Below, piece by piece: positions 35,901-46,678 of a stretch of 64,000 nt of DNA. A model generated the notes under the pieces. That model ran no database searches, was not told the origin of the DNA, and saw only the letters and a list, made by a program, of their open reading frames with translations. The stretch covers positions 62,001-126,000 of the forward strand of contig MU008158.1 of NCBI GenBank assembly GCA_010909165.1, written 5' to 3'. The position numbers and the translations under genes are program-made. This DNA is from Anthoceros angustus (Eukaryota > Plantae > Anthocerotophyta). Numbering within the stretch: the stretch's first letter is position 1; each line of letters starts with the position of its first letter.

Positions 35901-38900
35901 TTCCGCTTTCATTTGACGAGACATCATATCTCGCACAACAAGTGAGCAAGTCTAAGTTGTGGCATAAGACTAGGTCACCCTCACACAAAGAAAACTTCAA
36001 AGGTCATGGAGTGACTTTACCAAGACAATTGGCACACTGGCTCCACTTCCACTTTGTGAGTCTTGTGTTCTTTCCACGAGACATCAGGCTGCTTTTAAGA
36101 ACAAGGCACCTCACAGGGCTTCAGAGGTTTTAGAACTTGTCCATACAGATTTGTGTGGACCACTCTCTCAGGAGTCGATAGGTGGTGGGAGATACTTCGA
36201 CTTTTATAGATGACAAAACCAGTTTGTCACCACCTACATTCAAACAGAAGCGAATGCTTTGGTCACTTTAGGATTACCTCAAGTATACCAAAAGGAGGGC
36301 TGAAAGCGTTAAAACCTTGAGATCGTATAATGGGGAGAGTTTACCTCAATGAATTTCAGCTGTAGTCAAGGCATTGGTCACCAAATAACAAAGTATACAC
36401 CCCAATGTAATGGAGTCGCCGAGCTGCCTTAATCTAACTCGCAGGATGACATCTTCCTTACATCATGCCCGCCTTCCTGCCATATTGGGTGAAGCCATGA
36501 CTTCAACCTATCTCAAGAACAAAGTTGCCCACAACTCGCTTGTTGGCCTAACTCCCCATGAGGCGTTCTCACGCAAGCCCCGCCTACACTTGCAAACTTT
36601 TGGTTGCGGCTTATGCCTTCATACCTAAGGAGAAGAGAAAAGCTATCGATAAGGCTAGAAAACTTCTCATGATAGGATACGGGAATTAAAGCCTATAAGT
36701 TGTATGATGTCCCTAAGAACAAGATTGTGTATGCCAAGTGTTACCTTTGATGAAAGTCGCACTTGGGCATCGGGAGTGTTGAGGATCCCGTCCTCAATGA
36801 AGATGAAGACACAACAGATTTGTTGATTCACAATTTGATCCAATCACGGAACTCACTGCTGTGAAGAAACAACCTACCCCTTCAGCCCCGGTAGGGTACA
36901 AGAGTGTTTGCAAGTTCATACTTGTTTCCATCATGTCGGCCAAGAAATTAGAGGTTAGGCCTGTCGCAGACTGGTATCTAGACACGGGTGCTACAGCCCA
37001 TATTTGCTTTGACAGAGGCTCTTTTCATACATACCGCTCAGTCAAGGATCAGTATGTTTACCTGGGCGATGACAGATCCTTAGTGTCTCCTGGTCGTGGC
37101 ACAATAGACTTATCAGTTCCATCAGGTGTTGTATTAACCCTACATGACGTCTATCACGTGCCAGACATGACTAGAAATTTGATTTCAGTCAGAAAGTTGA
37201 ATGCTGACAACAACTGTCACATGCTATTCACAAGAACAGAATGTCAAGTGCTGGACGCATTTGATCATAGGAAGATCCTTGCCTATGGTTCAGCAGATCA
37301 TGACTTGTTTCGTCTTCACATAAACAGTGGTGTTCCAGTTTCTCATTTGACGAGAGACATCACTACTGCATCTGCACAACAAGTGAGCAAGTCTAAGTTG
37401 TGGCACGCAAGACTAGGTCACCCTCACACAGCAAAACTTCAAAGGTTGGCTGTTAGTGACCTTTACCAAGACGGACCAATTGGCACACTGGCTCCACTTC
37501 CACTTTGTGAGTCTTGTGTTCTTTCCACGAGACATCAGGCTGCTTTTAAGAACAAGGCACCTCACAGGGCTTCAGAGGTTTTAGAACTTGTCCATACAGA
37601 TTTGTGTGACCACAGAGTCGTAGGTGGTGGGAGATACTTCCTCGACTTTTATAGATGACAAAACCAGTTTGTCACCACCTACATTCTGAAATGAAAGACG
37701 AATGCTTTGGTCACTTTAGGATTACCTCAAGTATACCGAAGGTGGAGAAAGCGTTTTAAAACCTTGAGATCGCATAATGGGGAGAGTTTACCTCGAATGA
37801 ATTTCAGCTCGTAGCTGAATTGGTCACACCATCAGTGGTATACACTCTCAATGTAATGGAGTCGCCGAGCTGCCTTAATTTAACTCACAGAGATGACATC
37901 TTCCTTGCTACATCATGCTCCCTTTATATTATGGCCATTATGACTTCAACCTATCTCAAGAACAAAGTTGCCCACAACTCGCTTGTTGGCCTAACTCTAT
38001 GAGGCTCTTTCACAGTCGCAAGCCCCGCCTACACTTGCAAACTTTTGTCATGTGGCTTATGCCTTCATACCTAAGGAGAAGAGAAAAGCTATCGATAAGG
38101 CTAGAAAACTTCTCATGATAGGATGTATGAATTAAAGCCTATAAGTTGTATGATGTCCCTAAGAACAAGATTGTGTATGCCGAAGTGTTACCTTTGATGA
38201 AAGTCGCACTTGGGCATCGTGAGTCGTTGAGGATCCCGTCTCAATGAAGATGAAGACAACAGGATTTGTTGATTCACAATTTGATCCAAATCTTCCTCAC
38301 TGCTCAACACGAGGACGATGTTCTCGCAGTGGGGATGACAAAGCGATTTTGAGTTCGTTGACATAGATGAGCAGTGTAGTTGAACAAGAACACGTGACTG
38401 CTGGAAGATCAAAATCAGCAAGTTTTATGAACAACATCCTCCTCGAATGCTTGACGCAGAATCGAATTGATGATACTCTATTGCCAACCAACCTGCATAA
38501 GATCCCCAAACAAGAACCACCAGACGATATCCATCTCTCAAAGGCAACCTCAGATTACTACCGCGGCACCGTATTTTTAGAGTTACTTCCTCACAAGTGG
38601 AGGTCAATGTCGCAAACGCCCCTCGGATTCTAGGAACCACAATCCTACCAAGAGGCGTTGAGTAGACGACCACAAAGAGTGGGAGAAAGCAATACAATCG
38701 AGTATGACTCCTTAATTGAGAACGGCACATGGGAGCTTGCAGAATTACCACCAGGCAGAAAATTGGTTTCTTGTAAGTGGGTTTTCAAACTCAAAGTAAA
38801 GGCAGATGGTACCTTCAATAGGTACAAGGCTCGCTTGGTAGCAAGGGGTTTCTCACAAGTCCCTGGACTGGACTATCTTGAAACTTTCGCTCCTGTCGTC

Positions 38901-40100
38901 AAGCTTGCCACCCTTAGAACAATCCTTGCCATATCCACACACTATGATTATGAGTTGCAGATGTATGATGTTAAAACAGCTTTCCTACATGGAAAATTGA
39001 ATACAGAGATATACATGCGCCTCCGTGATATGAGGTGAAAGGAAAAGAAAATCATGCGCCAGTCGATTGCTCAGTATGGCTCAAGCAATCACCATGAAAT
39101 GGAACGCTTAGACACTCGAATTGCCGGAATTAGGTTTCACAAAGAGCAAGTGACGTTTTATATCTACATAAAGGAGATGTAATCGTTACCTTGCAGTACG
39201 TGGATGACATCGATTCAAAGAACAAGCTTTTATAACAAGCATCACATATGCTGGCCACTAAATTCAAGATGTCTAGCTCTCGGCCCTTTACGTAGCTGCC
39301 TGGATTCATATTCAAAGGAACAGGACTGTGTGATGACATTGACTCAACCATTTACCTTATGGACAATGACAACAGCTTGGGCCTCAAGGATGCAAAACCT
39401 ACTTCTACCCCTCTTCCCACAGGACTTAAGCTTAGTCGAGTATGTCTCCTTCTACACAGAGAGAAGGATCAAATGTCAAAGATCCCCTGCATGTGAGTAG
39501 TGTAAGCTAATATATGCATCGAACACAACGAATGAGGTGGCCTATACACCGAAAGTGCCCTATCACGGCCTAGAAAATCCGGTCCGAACACTGGCTAGCT
39601 TGAAACGCATGCTAGGTACTTGAAGGAACACCAACTTTAGGTATTTCCTATGGACATTGACAGACTGACATAGAAGCTTACACCACTCGACTATGCCGAG
39701 ATGTGGACACAAGGAAATCATCCGCTATGTGCTTTGTTTTTGTGAGGACCTATATGTTGGTCGAGCAAGAAAGCACCGACGGGGTACTCTCAAGCATAAG
39801 GTAATATAGGGTGTTAACCGCAACTAAGGAAGTGTGTGGTGCATTACTCTTTTTCTCGAACTTGGGATTCCATCGCCCTACATGCACGACTATCTACACC
39901 GATAATGTGGCTCGATGGCTTTAGCCAAGAATCCTGCATTTCATTCTGATCAAAACATGTAGAAGTAGTATCACTACATCGTGGAACCGTGGAGCTGGAA
40001 CCATAGCACTAGTATGTACCAACACAAAGCAACCCGCGACATTCTCACAAAGGCACCGAGCGTAGATGCTCATCGAAACATGTCCAACGCTTAGGGATGG
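33000..40100 (+). pseudogene. Copia-3 gag-pol, frameshifted; protease-integrase segment present in three tandem copies (~33690-35270, 35271-36860, 36861-38300)
   Basis: ORFs 33445..33801 (gag), 36861..37658 (protease, GAG-pre), 34701..35462 (integrase, SH3-like) and 38658..39038 (RT). Confidence 0.9.
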
Positions 40101-41177
40101 GAGAGAGCTCTCTTATCCAAAGCAGCAGCAATAATCCAAAGTAATGCTCTAAGGCCTAGAAACCCGAGTAAAAGCCGCAATGGTCGAGGAGTATCCAAAG
40201 TCAATAGACTGCAACGAAGAGACTGGACTCCTCCTCAGAGGAGTCATGGCCAAAACTATGAATGTAAGAAAACTCATCATCCGATCTTGGAGAATTGCGA
40301 CACGTTCTTCAGAGATTCGCTCTTCTGCTCAAGATTAGCCTCTTCCTCCAAATCAAGTTTGACCTCGCAAGGAGGAAGTGGGAGCGAGAGAGTTAGCACC
40401 ACAAACAAAAAAGGAAGAACTGCAATGAAAGGTCTGTGGATGCTTACCGATATGCTACTACATGACCAGGGGTTGTAGATGCGCACGCTCACACGCTTCA
40501 TGGTTATCTCTGCAACCTACCCACCTTTGTACCAAACAGTGAGCGGATACTACTGCCACATCGATGATTCTAGTCTCGGCGCCTGTGAGTTTTGGATAAT
40601 TCGTAGGTGGGTCAGACCATGGGTCCGCCTCACGGAAGGCACTTGAGGGCGGATCGTTTACAAGAGCTTGGGTCTTGGCCGAGAGGAGCGTAAGGGCCAC
40701 CCATTTCGACTTGAGGGCGCAGACGGCAAGCTCAAGAAACTCCTTTGTTGTTCCCTTCGCCCACCGACGCCTTTCTTGATACTCGTGTCTTTATGTCTTG
40801 GGAGCGTACCACGCTGTTTGTAGTTGTCCTAGCCACCGCAAATCTTCCAAGGGCGCTCAAGTCGGGCAGGCGCTTTTAGGAGCTCATGTCGGAATCCGAG
40901 GAGGCCATGGCAGAGAGAAGCTCAAGATGAAAATCCTACGCTCCAGCAAGCTGAGAAGTAACTGGCAAATGAATTGTGCCAAGGTTATATACGCGCACCT
41001 CATCATCGTCGGCTTCACACCGCAGGAAAGCATCTTTACCAGACCTGGCAGAAAGGAGAGGACGTGAACTACCATCGCAGATGATGGCTATGGAGTTTGA
41101 GAGAAGACCTAATCGAACCTTCACCACGCAGCTTGTGGTAGAGCCAAGATTATGAGATCATTACTAACAAGTGGGAG

Positions 41178-41405
41178 TAAAGGAATACATGTGCTAGTTA
41201 TTGATTAGGGTTTGGGTTATTTAGTCAAGTTAAGCTCTTAGCATTATATATGTCTTTTCATTAGGGTTACGTCGTTTGGATAAGACATGTTGATTCATAA
41301 GTCTCTTTAGTTGTCTTTTCATATAACACATAAGTTTTATGTATGTTCTTGACACAATGTAATTATTATATGTTTAATTGATCTGTATCTGCCTAAATTA
41401 CGTTA
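41178..41405 (+). repeat. 3' LTR of Copia-3
   Basis: Direct repeat of 31688-31915, preceded by a purine tract. Confidence 0.93.
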
Positions 41406-44400
41406 TGAAGGAGGGAGAGCTTGAGCGGGCGCTCCGGAAAGGACTGGAGGCCCTGCCGGAAGTGGAGCGTGAAAGGGCGCCCGAGGTGGGGGGCCGACCC
41501 TCGAAGGCCAAACGGACCCGGGAGGAGACGATCGAGGGAATTCCTGATACGTCTGAACGGACCCCTCACCACCCAGGAAGTATGGGAGGAAATCCTGCCT
41601 CCTCCCCGGTGCCCCAGAGCCAAGGCAGCAGGAGGCTAACTCCAATAGCCCGCCCACCACCACAACCATGGAGCCCGACCCGAGGGAACCAAGAGACGCA
41701 AGATTGCCTACCAACGCAAAGCCCGACGGTGCCAAGATTCTTACCTGCCACCTGAGTGGCAAGAAGCTGAGGAAGCGGGAGGCAGAAGGGACGCCGCCCA
41801 GTGAGCAGGAGGTCACCGGCAGCAGCCAGACCTCGAGCCGGCCCTGCCTCCGATGTGAAGAGGCAAAAGGGCTTGCTCCCGACCCCTCACCTCCGAGCCC
41901 TGTGAGAAAAGGGCGGAGAAGGAGCTCGCGCCAAAAGGGCCAAGGAGGGTGAAGCCCGAGTCAAAGACTGTGACCTAAGGGTCCCGATTAGGTCCGGAGA
42001 ACCCACTTTCCTGATCAAGTATGGAGGTCTCTCATGATCAAGGAAATGCCGGCTCCCACTACGGACTTTGTGGGAGCTCACTGCGGGCCGTGGAAGAAAC
42101 ACGGCGGGAGTCCGCTTGCCATGGATTTGAGGTTTTGGGGTCTCATGGGATGGCCGAGAAGACCTGTGGAGAAGCCACCCGAGGCGATGGTACCTCCGTG
42201 AGAGGCTGGAGGGGCCCAGGAGGAGGAAGGCCAAGCTCTCGGCCGAATTGAGGAAGGGAAACGCCGGAGGCGAGAGGGAAGTCCGTCCATCTGCAAGGAC
42301 TGACTAAATTCCTTCACCGGAGGAGCAGCTGGTGCTAAGGAGGCCTGCTGGCCGAGGACCTCAGCAGGAGAGGGGTAGCGCACAGAGGCGGAAGAGGCCC
42401 GGGCGAAGCGAGGCTCGGGACCGCGGAGGCTGACCAGACCAGAGCCAAGCTCGAGAAGCCTGTGAAGGTGGCCAAGGAGGCGGAAGACGGCGACCGCGAT
42501 CACTATCGGCGTGATCGAACCGTGGAGGGAGGCTACTGCAGCCACGGCCAATCAAGGCCGAGCAGCAAGAAGAGAGCAAGCACGACGAGCCGCGTGCAAA
42601 CATGAGGCCAAGACCGGAAATCGGGACCCTGTGGCGCACTGCAGGAGGTAGAAGGGAGGCGGCAGGAGTCGGAGGATGAAGGACACCTTGGAGTTACAAC
42701 CCAAGACGCTGGCCGAGCAAGCAAGGGGTTCTCAACGAGAGAATCCAAGACTTCGAGTGAGATAGAGCGCCCAGCCTCAAGATGGAGCAGGAGGCGGCGG
42801 AGCGCGACCAGCCAGCCTGTGAAGCTCGCGACAAGGAGATGGAGGATCTCCTGACTCACCTGAGGTGGAGCAGCCGGGCAGGAGATGGAAGACCGCAAGG
42901 AGACCTTGAGTCAGCCTTCAAACTACCATTGAGAGGAATGGTAGTCTAGACATGAACGCGAACGGAAATAGAGCGCCACCGCTGGACGAGGCGACGGGCG
43001 ATGGAACAGGAGCAGGACGCCGAGATGGAGAAGGGCTGGCGAAGCTGCAGAGCTGCGACCGTCTGGAGAGGGCGAGTTAATGTCCTTTAATGGACGGAGA
43101 AGAGAGCACCGGAAGCGCATAAGAAGCCGCTGGTCCAGGAGGAAGGAACGCGTTATGGCCGGTAAGCCGGCAGCCGGAGCGAAGCGACGGAGTTGGAGCA
43201 GTGGAGCAATGCGCATGGAGGTGACCGAGGCAGCACCAAGGTGAAGCAGCCGGCCCCACCTATCAAACCCGGTGGGAGGTGGTCCAACAAGCCGGGCAAA
43301 GACGCCTCCCCGAGCACCTATGGCGAAGGGAGTATCGGTGCCCGCACACGTGGAAGAGGCAACCAACAAGTGGATTCGACTTTGCCTATTACCACCGAGC
43401 CCTCAAGAGGCCTCTCCCAACAAAATAGACGGACCGGAAGGCCTGAGGGGAAGAAGGGCATGGGGACAGCACAGGGACTCTAGTGGCCCTGTTTGGAGAC
43501 GACGGCAGCGGGGGAGAAGAGCCTCAAGAGGAGCGAGACGCAACGGACCCCAGGGTAAGTTCACCGCAACCCGCTCAGGAGAAGGGAGGTGACGGCCCTG
43601 AAAGGGGCGCAGAAGGAGGGAGCCAACCCGACCCAAGACAAGGGTCGGGGGGTAGGGATGAGGACCTAGCAAGACGAGGTCCATGAAGGGGTCCGAGCTT
43701 GGGGACCGGACTTAATAAGTTCTGACCCCGAGGTCCGAACCCCAGAGACGAGGCCGACCCACCGACCTGACTCAGAAATAAGACGGACTCGGAGTTCGAC
43801 CGAGTCGAGACCGACCTCGAGGTCCGACCGCAAGAAGGAGGAGCCCCTTCGACTTACGCTTAGGGGAGCAGAGGCGGCCCCACCGAGGGGACCCACGGGA
43901 GGCCAGTGGAGGATGACGGTGGTAACGGCGGCCGCCGACCGCCAGAGCCCAACCCGACTGTGATTCCGGAGAGGAGGGGTCCCGCCACGGATCATCCGAT
44001 TGGGTGCCGAATCGCCGTGACGGGAGATTGGACCACCAATCCCAAGGCAACCCGGACCTTCCCACCACCACCGACGAAGGAGATAGGGGAGGAAATAGGA
44101 TGGTAGGCGGCCGATTAGGTATACCGAGCTGCCATCACCGTAATAGGTGTAATAAAGACGCCGACCGGGCGTAGTATAAGAGGGCCGGGCCGCCTCAATA
44201 AATCATCTTTCTTGGTGTTGATGCCGCTCTGCACTTGTGTGTCTTCGCTAACGTGAGTCACCGAAAGGTGCACGATACCCGGAGATTGATCGTGGTCCCG
44301 TGACGGACCTAACGTGTTGTGGTGTGTGTGTGAAGGGTGACTGGGATCCGCTCGCCCGCAGCCGCGCCGCCGAACGGACCGAACGTGTGAGCCGGAGGGA

Positions 44401-46678
44401 CGGAGCAGAGCCTTGGACGAGAGGCCCAACGACGGGAGGAGGTCCGGACTGTAGCCCGCTGGCCTTCCCTAAGACCATAAGTGTAGTGAGTGGAGAGAGA
44501 GGAACGGACTAGATGTGAGTGACGAACGTGAACGATACGGACGCCGGGTCCTTAAACGCTTGGCCACCGGCCTGCAAGGCGTGAACGCTAGTAGTTAGAC
44601 GCGAACGATGAATGTGCGTTGAGACCGAACGACGCAGTAAGACGAGAATCGCTCAACGCCGCAAACGGAGCTCGCTATTCCTTGGGAACGGACTCTTCCT
44701 ACAACGACACGGATTGTCGCGCCGGGTTGTCTGAAAGTCGCGCCACACATAGCTTGGGCGCCATCTTCATAATCGGATATTGAAGGCCAACAACGGCTTG
44801 CGATCGCCAAGAGGGAGGACATTGGGTCCTCATGATGATGAAAGGAGCTGCAGCAGTGCACTGAGGCCTCCGATTTTGATGAGGCCATAAGCCATGGACT
44901 CAAGGGTCCAAGAATCGGAGGAGCGAGAGAGGGTCAGCGCAAAGGTGGAAGATGGCAGAGAGCAAGGAGGGGGACAGCCCACCTGTGGGGGTCACCCACT
45001 GGTGACCACACCACGGTAGTCCGCCATCACCGGTAGACAACCACCACGCCGTAGTCCGCCACTACCACGGTAGGTGCAAGCGCGGGCTGGGAGCCGCCGC
45101 GAGGCCGGCCGAGGGAAGGAGCCGGGGCCCAGTATACCCCCGCAGGAGGAAGAGGAGGTGGAGACAACCCCACCGAGGAGACTAAGGACGGGTCCGCAGG
45201 TCGAGAGGGGAGGGTAGGAAATTCCACCCCTGATAAGGGAGGAGCCAGGCCGGGGAAGAGTCGGATGCAAAAGGGCCCAAGAAGTTAGACATCCCATCAT
45301 TGGGGAGAAAGACTGTGAGAAATGCTCCAAGCAAGGTATGGACAAATCAAACAGAGGAAGGAGCAAGGAGATCCACCCAAGAGACATCACCGATGAGAAG
45401 AAGAGAAGAAGGAGAAGGATCGACTACCATGGTAGGTCCACCCCTAGTCCGCTGCATCACCGCGGTAGGCCGAACGGGCGCCACCAGCGGAGGCGGAGAA
45501 AGGGCGCCGAGCGCGGAGCGATTGCCGGGAGACAGAATCGCCGCCGCGGAGATGGAGGAAGGGGCAAGATTGTACTTGCCCCACACATTGGGAAGATGAC
45601 AAGGACTGGGAAGGGGCAAGAGCAAAAGGAGGGCGAGGGAGCCAATCCAAGAACGCGTCACCACCCAAATAGGTGAAGACTAGATATGGTCAATGACCAT
45701 AAATGAGCTTTGGAGAATGTGAAGGATAGGTGGTGTACGACATCCTTAAGGATGATTAGGTGAAGTTACTAGAATAGAATTTACCAAGGATCGACAAATA
45801 GACTTAGGTGCCAGCCTTAAATGTTGTAGGAAATAATAGAATATTGGAAAAGGTGACCCAGAGGGTCACCTAAGGGAGGTTGTATGGAAGGCCTCCTATA
45901 AGAGGAGGAGGATTTCACAAAGTATCATGTCTTGCGCTTCCATACTCCGAGTCCTTTGCCCTTGTAAAGGAATTTCGCGGCCGTGAGCCAACATTCGTAG
46001 AGAGGAAGTCTGGTGGCCTGAGTGTTGGTGGAGGACTTGCTCGCAAGTGCCTAAACGAGTTGCTCCCCTTGTGAATGGTTGCTGTGAAATTGCTTTGCTT
46101 TGGGTGTGTGGCAATGCCTAGGGAACTTTCGGCTTGAGGGTAGACTACAGGGAAAGACTCCCTGGAGGTTCTCGCTGTTTGGTGTCAAACTCATAGCAAC
46201 CGGCCCAAGGAAGAACTTGCTGGTGGAGGCCGACCCTGTGCAACAGGGCGAGGGCTAGTCAAGCCAAGAAGCCCGAACTGAGGTTAGAATAGGAGGAAGA
46301 GGATGAGGAGATGAGTAGAGGAATAGAGTGTAGGCGTTAGTGGAAGGCCGGCAGCCTAAGGGACGAATCCCAACTGCAAGTAAAAGAGTGCTCCCCGAGT
46401 GGAGAAGAGTGGTCTTAGAAGTAGGGACAAATTGCGTGTGGATCGTGGGGTCCTCGGGCGCCGTGATAGGCTCCTCGCTAAGGCGAGCCCGTAATTGTTG
46501 TGTCGCTGTAGGTCGAGGATTGGTAGTTTTTCGAGCAAGCGGGCAGCCTGTAAGAGGGTGAGTAGAGGGCGCTTGCTCGCAAGGTCGAGAAGTGTGTCTG
46601 CAGTAGGATCGACATCACGTAACCTCGAACTTTCACACAAGTCTCATGGGACGAAACCCAACGACGGGCGACAGTGGA

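Larger units (their letters stand above)
31688..41405 (+). mobile_element. Full-length Ty1/Copia element Copia-3 with 228-bp TA..TA LTRs
   Basis: LTRs 31688-31915 and 41178-41405; PBS TGGTATCGAGC 31916-31926; PPT AAGTGGGAG before 41178; TSD TCAAG/TGAAG. Gag, protease (WYLDTGATAHIC), integrase (LRSDNGGEF, PQQNGVAER), RT (KARLVARGFSQ) and degraded RNase H are present. Confidence 0.95.
31060..44106 (+). pseudogene. E2 protein, split by Copia-3 (31060-31687 joined to 41411-~44100)
   Basis: VRAVARIIVHCLATKVDHLGDN and the rejoined GLSHIPIHVWGHFELKEGELERALR match E1 VRAVAKIIVHWNMLTKVDHLGDN / GLSPFIVHVWRHLDLLKEGEEERALR. HVEEA motif near 43345. Confidence 0.7.
30420..44709 (+). mobile_element. Element E2: pol-less single-ORF unit, LTR-like 3' region ~44000-44709; contains Copia-3
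   Basis: Ends CTTGGGAACGGACTCTTCCTACAACGACA. Right flank CGGAT versus CGGAC (30422-30426) or TGGAC (30415-30419) on the left. GTATAAGAGGG at 44174-44184 is followed by AATAAA. Colinear homology with E1. Confidence 0.72.
21331..46673 (+). mobile_element. Element E3: pol-less single-ORF unit, LTR-like 3' region ~45720-46673; contains E4 and E2
   Basis: 5-bp direct repeat GTGGA at 21326-21330 and 46674-46678; ends ...GGGCGACA. Its removal restores the E1 reading frame (SSGHTYPHQASSRAPEDSGDDD). CTATAAGAGG at 45896-45905. Confidence 0.7.
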
